A stretch of 59,896 nt of DNA, from NCBI GenBank assembly GCA_045639125.1, contig JAZUCL010000018.1, forward strand, positions 1 to 59,896. Reading direction: 5' to 3'. The stretch is from Eubacteriales bacterium. GTDB taxonomy: Bacteria > Bacillota > Clostridia > Oscillospirales > QAMX01. Each line of letters begins with the position of its first letter. The first letter of the stretch is position 1. The notes beneath the pieces are model-generated. The model did no database searches. It had not been told where the DNA came from and saw only the letters and a program-made list of their open reading frames with translations. The position numbers were made by a program, and so were the translations under genes. Shown piece by piece: positions 9,551-20,091 of this stretch.

Positions 9551-10534
9551 TATTTTCATATCGCCGTTGACAGCATTTACAAGCATTGTAGACAGACGAG
9601 TTGCATCACTTATTGATGCAATTTCCGTACCACTATGGCGATGACGTATTGCTACACCAACACTTGCGGCATATACACCGCCACGACTTGCCTGAATACC
9701 TGTCAAATCACTATTTCCTGCAAGGCGTACATCACGCTGTACTTGGTCATGGGCATAAAATTCAAGATAATTTAGTAGTTTGGGATTGGAAATGGTACTT
9801 TTATTACGCACCCTAACAACTGCTCCTCCACCAAGTTTCACATCACTTTTTTTGACTGCATCAGGTAAATCGCCACTGTCAGTCATATCCACTGCAATAC
9901 CAATCTCAGCATCTATTTCATACGAGGCACTACTTGCACCTCTAACTCCCACCTCGTGCTGTACGGAAAATACGAAGTACAAATCGTTGTCCGATTGACA
10001 TTTTGACAAAACATCAATGAGTACAGCACAACCAAGACGATTATCAAGGTACGGAGAGAAAATTCTATCACCTGAAAGGAATGTATCGCCGGAAAGTACG
10101 GCAGTATCGCCACGGTTGACTTTTTCCTTCGCCTCTGATACGTTGACAGCACCGATGTCGATATACAGATTGTGCATTGCAATATCTTTTGGCTCTACAC
10201 CCTCGTCACAGCCGATAACACCACGTACACCATTGGCAAATACTACATCTTTGCCAACAAGAGTCCACAGACTTTGCGTGCCAAGCACTCCAATACGAAG
10301 AACTCCGTTTTCTTCAAAATAAGTTACAATAAATCCTATTGTATCGCAATGTGCCATAATCATCACACGCTTACCGCTACCTGACTTTCTCACAATAAGA
10401 TTGCCCATTGCTGTCTTTGTAATTTCCTGTGCATAAGGCTTACAAAGTTCGGCAATTTTCGCTGTTATCGCAATTTCGCTTCCACTTGTACTAACCGGGG
10501 TAGCAAGTTCTTTTACAAGTTCAAATATCGTCAT
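9548..10534 (-). CDS. M42 family metallopeptidase (glutamyl aminopeptidase/FrvX-like), paralog 1
   Basis: M42 architecture with metal-binding segments (MAHCDTIGF, DNRLGC, QHEVGVRGA). Confidence 0.8.
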   Translation of the reverse strand: MTIFELVKELATPVSTSGSEIAITAKIAELCKPYAQEITKTAMGNLIVRKSGSGKRVMIMAHCDTIGFIVTYFEENGVLRIGVLGTQSLWTLVGKDVVFANGVRGVIGCDEGVEPKDIAMHNLYIDIGAVNVSEAKEKVNRGDTAVLSGDTFLSGDRIFSPYLDNRLGCAVLIDVLSKCQSDNDLYFVFSVQHEVGVRGASSASYEIDAEIGIAVDMTDSGDLPDAVKKSDVKLGGGAVVRVRNKSTISNPKLLNYLEFYAHDQVQRDVRLAGNSDLTGIQASRGGVYAASVGVAIRHRHSGTEIASISDATRLSTMLVNAVNGDMKI

Positions 10535-10552
10535 TATAATTACCTCTTTAAT

Positions 10553-11572
10553 TTACAATGAAAACTTTGCAAGGAATGTCTTTATAAACCGCAGCATATT
10601 GTCCATATCCTCAATTTTTGCTACTGATGAGGCAGAATGGATATATCTCACAGCACATGATACTGCCATAACTTTTGCACCGCCTGCATTTTTACTTATT
10701 ATTCCTGCGTCTGTACCGCCCGCAACTATGCTTTTTGTCTGATACGGGATATTTTCACTCTCGCAGATTGAAAATGCCTGCTGCCACATATCCTTTGTGT
10801 AAATTGTACCGCCATCAATTATAGGTATAACAGGCCCTGCACCAAGTTGACACGCCTTTTTTGCACCTTTTACATTTGCAAGGTCTGCTGCTGTTGTAGT
10901 TTCCAGTACGATTGCTACGTCAGGTTTAATGCGATATGATGCAACACTTGCTCCTCGCAATCCAGCCTCCTCTTGCACAGTAAATACAAACCACGTATCT
11001 ATACTTGTGCCTTCTTCAATTAGTTTCATCATCAAAGCACAGCCTATACGGTCGTCCAATGCCTTTGCCTTCAAAAATCCTTCTCCATACTCGTTAGGCT
11101 CGCTGTCAAATGCAACATAATCTCCAAGCGTTACGTATTTTTCTGCTTCTTCACGAGATGTGGCACCTATGTCAATGTACATATCCTCAAATGGCGGAAG
11201 TTTCTTTCGCTCCTCACCTTTTGTCAGATGTACCGCCTTTATTCCAATAACACCTTTAGTCTTCTTTTCACCGATGCGAACAGGACACGCAAGTACAACT
11301 TTCGGATCAATTCCTCCTGCTGTTACAAAGCGGAGAAAACCATCGTCGGTAATATCACTGACAAGAAAACCCACCTCGTCCATGTGGGCAGTAATCATTA
11401 CTGTCTTTCCACAGTTCTTCTTACCCTTTTTGAACACATAAAGGTTTCCCAATACATCTACGTACAGTTCATCAGCATTTGGCTCGACAACACTGCGAAT
11501 ATATGTGCGAACTTTATTTTCATAACTGCTTACACCGTCAATGGTACACAGCCTTTTTACTGTTTCAAGCAT
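10553..11572 (-). CDS. M42 family metallopeptidase, paralog 2
   Basis: Carries TAHMDEVGF, DDRIGC and QEEAGLRGA. Confidence 0.8.
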   Translation of the reverse strand: MLETVKRLCTIDGVSSYENKVRTYIRSVVEPNADELYVDVLGNLYVFKKGKKNCGKTVMITAHMDEVGFLVSDITDDGFLRFVTAGGIDPKVVLACPVRIGEKKTKGVIGIKAVHLTKGEERKKLPPFEDMYIDIGATSREEAEKYVTLGDYVAFDSEPNEYGEGFLKAKALDDRIGCALMMKLIEEGTSIDTWFVFTVQEEAGLRGASVASYRIKPDVAIVLETTTAADLANVKGAKKACQLGAGPVIPIIDGGTIYTKDMWQQAFSICESENIPYQTKSIVAGGTDAGIISKNAGGAKVMAVSCAVRYIHSASSVAKIEDMDNMLRFIKTFLAKFSL

Positions 11573-11622
11573 TGTTATACTTATGCCCTACAGGGCGTTC
11601 CTTTCTTCGTAATTAAAAAGTG

Positions 11623-12660
11623 TCAACTAACTTCAAACATTTCACAGATAACTTCTGCAAGGAGTCTGCCAACCGATTCAATATCCTCCGTTTTAACAAC
11701 TTCTACAGGAGAGTGCATATATCTGAGAGGTAGCGACACAAGACCTGTTGCCACACCAAAACGGACAACTTGCATAGGAGTAATATTTGTGCCGGTAAAA
11801 CCACTTACCACCTCTATTGTATGGGGAATTTCTTTTTTCTTGGCAACGGATATAATAAGGTCTGTAAATGTGCGATTAAGACTTGTGCCTTTTGTAATAC
11901 ACGCACCACTTCCTGCCTCAAATCCCTTTGTTTTAGGAACGTCCGGGGAAGTAGCATGGGTAACATCTACGGCAATAGCGTAGTCAGGGAATTGGGTATA
12001 TGTGGCAGTTATTGCTCCATAGGAGTTTCGTTCCTCACCTGAACTGCCAAGTACAATAACATCAGCACAAAGTTTCTTGTCTTTTATAAGTTCCATTGCG
12101 TATAAAATAGCGACAAAACCTGCTCTATCATCAAGACCGCAACCACCGATAAACCCGTTATTAAGTTCAAAATGTGGTGCTGCAAGGCAAATAGGTGTAC
12201 CTATTTTTATTCGTTCTTTCAACACATCGTCTGCCATACCAAAATCTATCAGCATATTTGATATAGGCACAGCCTTATCACGTTCAGACGCCGTCTGCAC
12301 GTGGGGCGGTAATGCCGTAATAATACCGTAAAAGCGTTGCCCATTATCAGTATCGGCATAGACTTCTTTTGTCTGAAGCAGACGTGGGTCAAACCCACCG
12401 CTTTGAGTAAAGCGGACAAAACCGCCCTTTTCATACCCTGATACGATGAAACCTATCTGGTCAAGATGTGCGTCAAGCAGTATTCGTGGTGGAGAGTCTA
12501 AGCCACAAGAACGAACACCTACTGCATTTGAAAGAGGTGTCGTTTCAACTATGTCACAGTAAGGTTTTAACAGTTGACAGGCATATTCTGCTACGCCCAT
12601 TTCGTAACCTGAAACGCCCAGTAAGGCACACAGGTCGAACAGTGTCTTTTTTATATCCAC
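11623..12660 (-). CDS. M42 family metallopeptidase, paralog 3
   Basis: Carries DAHLDQIGF, DDRAGF and SSGEERN. Confidence 0.75.
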   Translation of the reverse strand: MDIKKTLFDLCALLGVSGYEMGVAEYACQLLKPYCDIVETTPLSNAVGVRSCGLDSPPRILLDAHLDQIGFIVSGYEKGGFVRFTQSGGFDPRLLQTKEVYADTDNGQRFYGIITALPPHVQTASERDKAVPISNMLIDFGMADDVLKERIKIGTPICLAAPHFELNNGFIGGCGLDDRAGFVAILYAMELIKDKKLCADVIVLGSSGEERNSYGAITATYTQFPDYAIAVDVTHATSPDVPKTKGFEAGSGACITKGTSLNRTFTDLIISVAKKKEIPHTIEVVSGFTGTNITPMQVVRFGVATGLVSLPLRYMHSPVEVVKTEDIESVGRLLAEVICEMFEVS

Positions 12661-12673
12661 AAACTTTACCTCT

Positions 12674-12991
12674 TTAAGATAATTTAATAAACTCTCGGCA
12701 ACCGCAACGTGGGCAGGAAGTGTTATCAGGTGACATTACACTACCGCACACACTGCATTTAACATCGGCATTTTTACTCTTTATAAGCGTATTGATACGC
12801 TCATTTGTTGTGCGTATATCACGCTGTATCTCATCAAGTTTCGTCATTATAAACGCAAAAGCAATATACAATCCGCCTGACAGTATACCTGACAAAAGAC
12901 CTAATAAAAATCCGCCAAAGCCTATACTTATTCCACTTATGATACCAATGAGTAAATTGGCTATTGCAAGGCCAATACACACCTTTATCAT
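12674..12991 (-). CDS. Small membrane protein with a C-terminal zinc-ribbon (CSVCG...CPRCGC)
   Basis: Two hydrophobic helices followed by a CxxC...CxxC motif. Confidence 0.5.
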   Translation of the reverse strand: MIKVCIGLAIANLLIGIISGISIGFGGFLLGLLSGILSGGLYIAFAFIMTKLDEIQRDIRTTNERINTLIKSKNADVKCSVCGSVMSPDNTSCPRCGCREFIKLS

Positions 12992-13014
12992 TTTAATTAT
13001 CTCCTTTTTGCCAA

Positions 13015-14394
13015 TTAAAATTCATTGACGATCTCTTTGTATCGCTGTCCACGCTGTGCAAAGTTTTTGAATTGGTCAAATGCAGCACAGGCAGGTGACA
13101 GCGTTACAATATCTCCTGCCGTTGCAATCTCTCTTGTGTATGAAACTGCCTTTGTAAAATCGTCAAATTCAACGATAGGAAGCGTCTTTTCATTATATTC
13201 CGGGCAATCGGTTACACATTTACGTATCTTTTCAGCCGTTGCACCGCAAAGTACAAGTGCCTTTACGTGTTTTATAATTTCAGGGCCAAGTACATCAAAA
13301 GGTATGTGCTTATCGTAACCGCCGGCAATTAAAATTACCTTGCGGTCAAACGCACGAAGTCCTGCTATAACACGAGTCGGTGACGTTGCTATTGAATCGT
13401 TATAATAGCGTACTTCGTCAAGTTCTCTTACAAGTTCACAACGATGTTCAACGCCTGAAAATGTTTTTGCCACCTCAACAATATGTTCTACACCAACAAG
13501 CCCCCATACAGCACCTATTGCAGCCATATAGTTTTCTACGTTGTGAATACCGGGGATACGAATATCGGCAGTTGCCATAATTACAGTTTCATTGCCGTTT
13601 TCTCTAACAATTATTTCACCGTTACGACAGTAAACTCCATCAGCACCACTATCCATTTTAGAAAATACTACCGTTTTACCTACTGTTTCCGACACAAAAC
13701 CTGCAGTTATATCGTTGTCTGCGTTTAGCACAACACGGTTATCTTTTGACTGATTAAGAAAGATATTTTTCTTTGCCGACACATATTCCTCCATACCACG
13801 GTGCATATCAAGGTGGTTGGGAGAAAGATTAGTGATAACGGCAATATCCGGGCTTTTTTTCATAGTCATTAACTGGAAACTTGAAAGTTCCACGACAGCA
13901 AAATCGGTAGGTTTAATGTTTGGCGTATCTGCAAGGAGTGGGTGTCCAATATTACCGCCTAAGTGGCAAGTGTAACCTGCCTGAGTCAAGAGGGTATATA
14001 TAAGGGTCGTAGTTGTCGTCTTGCCGTCACTACCTGTTACAGCAATTATCGGACACGGACAGAGGTCAAAAAACACCTCAAGTTCACTTGTCACAACACC
14101 ACCTAACTCTCTCACCCGCTCCAACGCAGGCAAGTCGGGACGCATACCCGGTGAACGAAACAGCACGTCTGCAAAAAGGTTATCAAGATATCCCTCACCA
14201 AGACGAAGGGTTACTCCCTTGTCTGTAAGGTTATTTACAATATCGCCAAGTTCATCTCTATTCTTTTTATCGCATACGATAACTTTTGCCCCTGAGTCAC
14301 ACAGTATATCAATAAGTGGTCTGTTACTTACTCCAATGCCAAGAAGTGCCACCGTTTTATCTTTCAAACTTTTTATATATTCGCTAAACGTCAT
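13015..14394 (-). CDS. murD: UDP-N-acetylmuramoyl-L-alanine--D-glutamate ligase
   Basis: Mur ligase motifs (GSDGKTTTTTLI) and an N-terminal GIGVSNRP segment. Confidence 0.9.
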   Translation of the reverse strand: MTFSEYIKSLKDKTVALLGIGVSNRPLIDILCDSGAKVIVCDKKNRDELGDIVNNLTDKGVTLRLGEGYLDNLFADVLFRSPGMRPDLPALERVRELGGVVTSELEVFFDLCPCPIIAVTGSDGKTTTTTLIYTLLTQAGYTCHLGGNIGHPLLADTPNIKPTDFAVVELSSFQLMTMKKSPDIAVITNLSPNHLDMHRGMEEYVSAKKNIFLNQSKDNRVVLNADNDITAGFVSETVGKTVVFSKMDSGADGVYCRNGEIIVRENGNETVIMATADIRIPGIHNVENYMAAIGAVWGLVGVEHIVEVAKTFSGVEHRCELVRELDEVRYYNDSIATSPTRVIAGLRAFDRKVILIAGGYDKHIPFDVLGPEIIKHVKALVLCGATAEKIRKCVTDCPEYNEKTLPIVEFDDFTKAVSYTREIATAGDIVTLSPACAAFDQFKNFAQRGQRYKEIVNEF

Positions 14395-14726
14395 ACATTT
14401 GCCTCCCGTTTTGTCGATACGTCCATTATACTCAGTATACTTCTTTAAGTCAAGATTTTTCCAATATATGTAAGGCTTTAGTAGCCATATATTAAATTTA
14501 TTTTCACTGGAATTTTGTTGAAAATAAAGGGTTGAAATTATAGAAATTAGGTGTATAATATAAGTAGGTTTTTTGTTACCAATAACACTTAAAGGGGGAA
14601 CGTATTGTGTCCAGCGACAATTCAGGTCGAAGTAGAAAATTTAATACGATGGACAATGCGTTTTGCCCGATTAGTTTGATATAACGTCAGGCACTTACAC
14701 ATTTGTCCTGAAAGGAGAATGTAATA

Positions 14727-15650
14727 GTGCTAAATTATTTCAAAACTATTGATGGTCGTATGACTTCCATCGACGCTCCTGAGCAGGGTGCTTGGCTCAG
14801 TTTGATTGCCCCCACAGATGAGGAAATCAACAAAGTAAGCAAAATGTTCAACATTGAAACAGACTTTCTCCGTGCAGCCCTTGACGAAGAAGAAACATCT
14901 CGTATTGAAACTGAGGACGGATACACTCTTATCGTCATCGACGTTCCTATGGTTATCAAGGAAGATTCGGAAGTCGTATACTCCACCGCACCTATGGGTA
15001 TCATCTTAACTGATACAATTATAATCACAGTTAGTCTGCGTGAAACACCTATTCTAAAAGAATTTGCAGACGGAATGGTTAAAAACGTGCACACAGCACA
15101 AAAGACTCGTTTCGTATTCCAACTCTTATTGCGTACATCGTCAAGATACCTTCAGTACCTTAGACAAATTGAGAAGATGAGTGCATACATTGAACGTCAA
15201 CTCCATAAGTCTATGAAGAATAAGGAACTGATACAACTTCTTGCACTGCAAAAATCCCTTGTATACTTTAATGCCTCTCTAAAATCAGATGAGGTAACTC
15301 TCAAAAAACTCATGCGTGGACATATCATCAAACTCTATGATGAGGACGAGGATCTTTTAGAAGATGTACACATCGAGTTCCGTCAGGCAATGGAGATGGC
15401 TGCCATATACTCTGATGTCATGGCGGGTACTATGGACGCATTTGCATCTGTTATTTCAAACAACTTAAATATCATAATGAAAGTTATGACCTCCATTACT
15501 ATTCTACTCACTATACCTAACATTGTATTCGGTTTTTTTGGTATGAATGTTGTAGATCTTCCTGCCCCATTCACGTGGGTTACTCTTGCAATTACAGCAG
15601 TTGCTGTTACTGTGGCTGCATTTTTCCTTCGTAAAAAGGATCTTCTGTAA
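14727..15650 (+). CDS. corA: CorA-family magnesium/cobalt transporter
   Basis: GMN motif (FGFFGMNVVDLP) and two C-terminal TM helices. GTG start with an AAAGGAGA RBS. Confidence 0.85.
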   Translation: MLNYFKTIDGRMTSIDAPEQGAWLSLIAPTDEEINKVSKMFNIETDFLRAALDEEETSRIETEDGYTLIVIDVPMVIKEDSEVVYSTAPMGIILTDTIIITVSLRETPILKEFADGMVKNVHTAQKTRFVFQLLLRTSSRYLQYLRQIEKMSAYIERQLHKSMKNKELIQLLALQKSLVYFNASLKSDEVTLKKLMRGHIIKLYDEDEDLLEDVHIEFRQAMEMAAIYSDVMAGTMDAFASVISNNLNIIMKVMTSITILLTIPNIVFGFFGMNVVDLPAPFTWVTLAITAVAVTVAAFFLRKKDLL

Positions 15651-15732
15651 ATTTTCAATAGACAAGGCTTTTGTTCCCGCAATCTCTTGCGTTTTCAAAA
15701 GCCTTTTACTTTTTTTGAAAGGAGTATGCCGT

Positions 15733-18006
15733 ATGAATCCATTTTACCGATTAAGTCCGTTTATCCAAGAGTACATATATGCTAAAGGTTGGACACATCT
15801 ACGTGCAATTCAGACGGCTGCGTGTCACGTTATTTTTGAAACGGACGACAATTTGCTCCTATCGGCATCAACAGCATCAGGTAAAACAGAGGCGGCATTT
15901 TTCCCTATTCTTACACTTCTTGACGAAGATCCACCTGCAAGTGTCGGTGCATTGTATATCGGACCGCTTAAAGCCCTTATAAATGATCAATTTCTTCGTC
16001 TTAACGACTTATGTAAAGAGGCTAATATCCCTGTATGGCATTGGCACGGCGATGTGAATCAATCCCACAAGGAGCGTCTTGTGAAAAACCCGTCAGGAAT
16101 ACTTCAAATTACACCTGAATCGTTGGAAGCACTTTTAATGCGTCGTCACAACGATATTGTCCGTCTGTTTGGTGATTTGCGTTTTATCGTCATTGACGAG
16201 GTGCACTCTCTAATGAGAGGTGACAGGGGCGGACAAGTTCTCTGCCTTATGGAGCGACTTGCTCGGCTGTCGGGAGCGAACCCTCGCCGTATCGGTTTAA
16301 GTGCTACTATCGGTGATTTAGACACAGCAGGAAAATGGCTTGCAGGCGGTACAAATAGGAAAACATCTGCACCTGTCATTCCAAACACAAACAGCACATG
16401 GCGTATATCTATGGAGCATTTCTATATTTCAGACCGTAATATCTCAATTAGTGACCGCCACGCAAAATTACCTAAAAACACCAATTCAAAAAATGTATCC
16501 CCTACTCCAATTAAAATTGAGCCGACTGTTTCCTTAAATCCCATTGACTCTGCACCAAATAACACTGATTTGGGGCTTGGATATATCTTCAATCATACAG
16601 AGGGCAAAAAGTGCCTTGTATTTTGCAACTCCCGTGAGGAGTGCGAAGCAGTCACTACTACCCTACGCCGTTACTGTGACGAAAAGCATATTGCCGACCG
16701 TTTTCTTATCCATCACGGCAATTTGTCTGCATCATATCGTGAAACGGCAGAAGACCGTATGCGTGACGAGAACTCATGCCTCACTACAGTTACAACAGCC
16801 ACGTTGGAACTGGGTATCGACATTGGACGGCTTGAACGTGCATTTCAAATTGATGCACCTTTTATGGTATCGTCATTTCTTCAACGTATGGGGCGTACAG
16901 GCAGACGTGACGCACCACCTGAAATGTGGTTTGTTATCCGTGAAGATGAACTTTTACACACAGCCACACTGCCACAGACAATACCGTGGAAATTATTGCA
17001 AGGTATCTCACTCATTCAACTGTACTTGGAAGAGCGTTGGGTTGAACCTCCAAAACTTGACAGGTTGCCATATAGCCTTTTATATCATCAAACGCTGGCC
17101 ACTCTTGCATCGTGCGGTGAACTAAACCCCGCTGACCTTGCAAGACGTGTGCTTACTCTAACTCCTTTCCAAAATATATCCCAAGACGATTTTAGACTTC
17201 TTTTGTATCATCTTCTTGAAAATGAGCATATTGAGCGTACTGAAACAGGCGGTTTGATTGTAGGACTTAAAGGTGAGCGAGTAGTCAACTCATATAAATT
17301 CTATGCAGTATTTCGTGAAGATGAACTCTTTACTGTCCGTTGGCAGTCAAGGGAACTTGGTACTATCGTTATGCCTCCCCCTGTTGGTGAGCGTATCGCT
17401 TTAGCAGGTCAGGTATGGGTTGTAACAGAACTTGACTTGAAACGCAGACTCATTTTTGCAGAGCCTGTCAAGGGTCAAGTACCTGCGTTTTTTGGTCTTT
17501 GTCCGGGTGACATTCACACAAAAGTTTTAGAGCGAATGAAACGACTTTTATTTGAGGATATCGTACCTAAGTATCTTCGTCCAAATGCTGTTTCACGGCT
17601 TATGGAAGTTCGTGAAGTTATTAAAAACGCAAATTGCGACTGTACACTCGTCCACTTAGGCGGTGATATGTGGTGTCTTATGCCATGGCTTGGTACTTAC
17701 GCATTTCTTGCCTTGGAGCGATTTTTGAAACTAAAATGTGCAGGTGCGTTAGGTATGACTTCTATTGAGTCAAGCAGACCATATTTCATTCAATTTAAGA
17801 TGAAAGCGAGCCGTCAGGAGTTTATTGACACTATTCACGCCATTGCCGATGAACCTCTCGACCCTATGGAACTGATATACCACGGAGAAACACCCCTTTT
17901 TGAAAAGTACGATGAGTACGTACCCGAGGGACTTATCAGAAAAGGTTTTGCAAAGGGCATATTGGATATCAACACAATGCTTGAACGTCTTAAAGAGTTA
18001 AACTAA
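15733..18006 (+). CDS. DEVH-box superfamily-2 helicase (Lhr-like) with a long C-terminal domain
   Basis: Helicase motifs I ASTASGKTEA, II VIDEVH, III SATIGD and VI QRMGRTGRR. Start taken at MNPFYRL with an AAGGAG RBS. The ORF-track start overlaps corA and is rejected. Confidence 0.8.
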   Translation: MNPFYRLSPFIQEYIYAKGWTHLRAIQTAACHVIFETDDNLLLSASTASGKTEAAFFPILTLLDEDPPASVGALYIGPLKALINDQFLRLNDLCKEANIPVWHWHGDVNQSHKERLVKNPSGILQITPESLEALLMRRHNDIVRLFGDLRFIVIDEVHSLMRGDRGGQVLCLMERLARLSGANPRRIGLSATIGDLDTAGKWLAGGTNRKTSAPVIPNTNSTWRISMEHFYISDRNISISDRHAKLPKNTNSKNVSPTPIKIEPTVSLNPIDSAPNNTDLGLGYIFNHTEGKKCLVFCNSREECEAVTTTLRRYCDEKHIADRFLIHHGNLSASYRETAEDRMRDENSCLTTVTTATLELGIDIGRLERAFQIDAPFMVSSFLQRMGRTGRRDAPPEMWFVIREDELLHTATLPQTIPWKLLQGISLIQLYLEERWVEPPKLDRLPYSLLYHQTLATLASCGELNPADLARRVLTLTPFQNISQDDFRLLLYHLLENEHIERTETGGLIVGLKGERVVNSYKFYAVFREDELFTVRWQSRELGTIVMPPPVGERIALAGQVWVVTELDLKRRLIFAEPVKGQVPAFFGLCPGDIHTKVLERMKRLLFEDIVPKYLRPNAVSRLMEVREVIKNANCDCTLVHLGGDMWCLMPWLGTYAFLALERFLKLKCAGALGMTSIESSRPYFIQFKMKASRQEFIDTIHAIADEPLDPMELIYHGETPLFEKYDEYVPEGLIRKGFAKGILDINTMLERLKELN

Positions 18007-18040
18007 AAAACGGACGATTTTTAATAATCGTCCGTTTTTT
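18005..18040. terminator. Bidirectional terminator between the helicase and folD
   Basis: Hairpin aaaaaacggacgatt-tttaat-aatcgtccgtttttt. Confidence 0.75.
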
Positions 18041-18045
18041 ATAAT

Positions 18046-18918
18046 TTACTTTCTTCTCTCTGCCGCACGTTTTGCCGCTGTGAGAGTGTTTCTCAAAAGC
18101 ATTGTAATTGTCATTGGTCCGACACCACCGGGGACCGGTGTTATGTATGATGCTTTCTCACTTACAGATGCAAAATCAACATCACCTACGAGTTTTTCAT
18201 TGCCCTCGCTATCTGTAATACGGTTAATGCCAACGTCCATAACGACAGCACCATCTTTTACCATATCTGCTGTAACGAAATTAGGCTTACCAATAGCCGC
18301 TACAAGAATATCGGCAGATGCACACTTTTCCTTTAAGCCTTGTGTACGAGAGTGGCATACTGTTACCGTACCATTTTTGTGGAGTAAAAGCATTGCCTGT
18401 GGTTTGCCTACAATATTACTTCTGCCGATAACAACACAATCCTTACCAGAAACGTCTACACCATAAGCATCCATAAGTGCCATTACACCTGCAGGAGTAC
18501 ATGGAACGAAATCAAAGTCACCTGTCATTATCTTACCTACGTTGACAGGGTGGAATGCGTCAACGTCTTTTTTAGGGTCAATTGCAAGAAGCACAGTATT
18601 TTCATCTATATGCTTAGGCAGAGGAAGTTGTACCAAGATACCGTGTACTTCATCATTTTTGTTAAGTTCATCAATAAGTGCCAAAAGTTCTGCCTGAGTC
18701 GTTTCTTTAGGCAACTCATAACCAAAAGATTTCATACCGCACTTTTTACAGCCACGTTTCTTGTTTCTTACGTATACCTGACTTGCAGGGTCTTCACCTA
18801 CGATAATTACAGCAAGTCCTGGTGTAATACCAGATTCTTCACTAAATGCCAAAACCTCTTTTGAAATGTCCTCTCTTATCTTTTCAGATACTGCTTTTCC
18901 GTCAATCAATACAGCCAT
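18046..18918 (-). CDS. folD: Bifunctional methylenetetrahydrofolate dehydrogenase/cyclohydrolase
   Basis: 290 aa with FolD family signatures (ASQVYVRNK, GRSNIVGKP). Confidence 0.9.
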   Translation of the reverse strand: MAVLIDGKAVSEKIREDISKEVLAFSEESGITPGLAVIIVGEDPASQVYVRNKKRGCKKCGMKSFGYELPKETTQAELLALIDELNKNDEVHGILVQLPLPKHIDENTVLLAIDPKKDVDAFHPVNVGKIMTGDFDFVPCTPAGVMALMDAYGVDVSGKDCVVIGRSNIVGKPQAMLLLHKNGTVTVCHSRTQGLKEKCASADILVAAIGKPNFVTADMVKDGAVVMDVGINRITDSEGNEKLVGDVDFASVSEKASYITPVPGGVGPMTITMLLRNTLTAAKRAAERRK

Positions 18919-18934
18919 TTGTTATTCTCCTTTT

Positions 18935-19855
18935 CTATTGTTCTTCATCATCATTACGTTCGCAAGTGTTATTACACTCACATGTATCATCACAAATTTC
19001 TTCTTTTTTTGCTTTCTTTGATTCGTAGTATACCTGACCTACTATTCGCTTTTCCTTGTCAACGAATAAGTAGACGTATGCCAATATACCAACAGCAACA
19101 ATGCAACTTGCAAATGCAAGAACTTGTGATACACGAAGTCCTGTATCAAACAGATATAAACTGTCTGCACGAAGGCCCTCAATAACACCTCTGCCTAAAC
19201 CGTACCATGCAACGTACATTAAAAATATCTCACCGTTAAATTTACGGCGGTTAAAATATAAGTGAAGTAAGATAAAACCTACAATACACCAAACAGACTC
19301 GTACAAGAAAGTTGGATGTACGGAGATAGTTGTCAATGACTCAGCACTCGTAATCTCCATACGCCAAAATGACATGGTTTCGGCACCGTACGCCTCTGCA
19401 TTTACAAAGTTGCCCCAACGGCCAATTGCCTGACCGATTAAAAAACCCAACGCACCAAGGTCACACAGTACACCTATACGGATATGCTTAAATCGTGCAA
19501 CTAATACACCTGTCAAAACAGCAAATATAATTCCGCCGTAGATTGCCAGTCCCCCGTCCCATATACGATACATTGCTGCATGGTCGTAATAGTAGAGTTT
19601 GTCGTAGTTAAACAGCACGTAATACGCTCTTGCACCTATGATTGAAAGGGGTACTGCAAATATAAGGACATCTAACAAGTCATCTGTTTTCATGCCGATT
19701 TGCTTGCATCTGTTCATTGCATACCATACGGCAAGCAAAAATCCTACTGCGATAATTATTCCATACCAATAGATATTTACTGAACCAAAACTTAACGCAA
19801 TACGATTCAAGGTAAATTCCAAGCCAAGATTTGGGAATGATATGACGTGTGTCAC
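18935..19855 (-). CDS. lgt: Prolipoprotein diacylglyceryl transferase with an unusual Cys-rich acidic C-terminal tail
   Basis: Lgt signature GRWGNFVN and a polytopic membrane profile. C-terminal tail EEICDDTCECNNTCERNDDEEQ. Confidence 0.85.
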   Translation of the reverse strand: MTHVISFPNLGLEFTLNRIALSFGSVNIYWYGIIIAVGFLLAVWYAMNRCKQIGMKTDDLLDVLIFAVPLSIIGARAYYVLFNYDKLYYYDHAAMYRIWDGGLAIYGGIIFAVLTGVLVARFKHIRIGVLCDLGALGFLIGQAIGRWGNFVNAEAYGAETMSFWRMEITSAESLTTISVHPTFLYESVWCIVGFILLHLYFNRRKFNGEIFLMYVAWYGLGRGVIEGLRADSLYLFDTGLRVSQVLAFASCIVAVGILAYVYLFVDKEKRIVGQVYYESKKAKKEEICDDTCECNNTCERNDDEEQ

Positions 19856-20091
19856 TTATTATCACCTCGTATTTATTTTCCTCCCATATTTGGGAATACC
19901 GTTATATTGTACCACGAAATTTAAGTTTGGTCAATCGTAGCTACACACATATCACCACTTCTTTGAAAATATTCAAACGATGTTCACAAAAGCCCTTTAG
20001 TTTCTTAAAATACTTGCAACAACAGAAGGTGTATGATAAAATAATACATATTACTAATGACTCTAAGTTGTGTTAACAGGAGATTTATACT

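Noticed and set aside
14395-14726. M-box (Mg2+) riboswitch upstream of corA
   Set aside because: No recognisable conserved M-box segments by eye. Kept only as a low-interest finding pending an Rfam scan.
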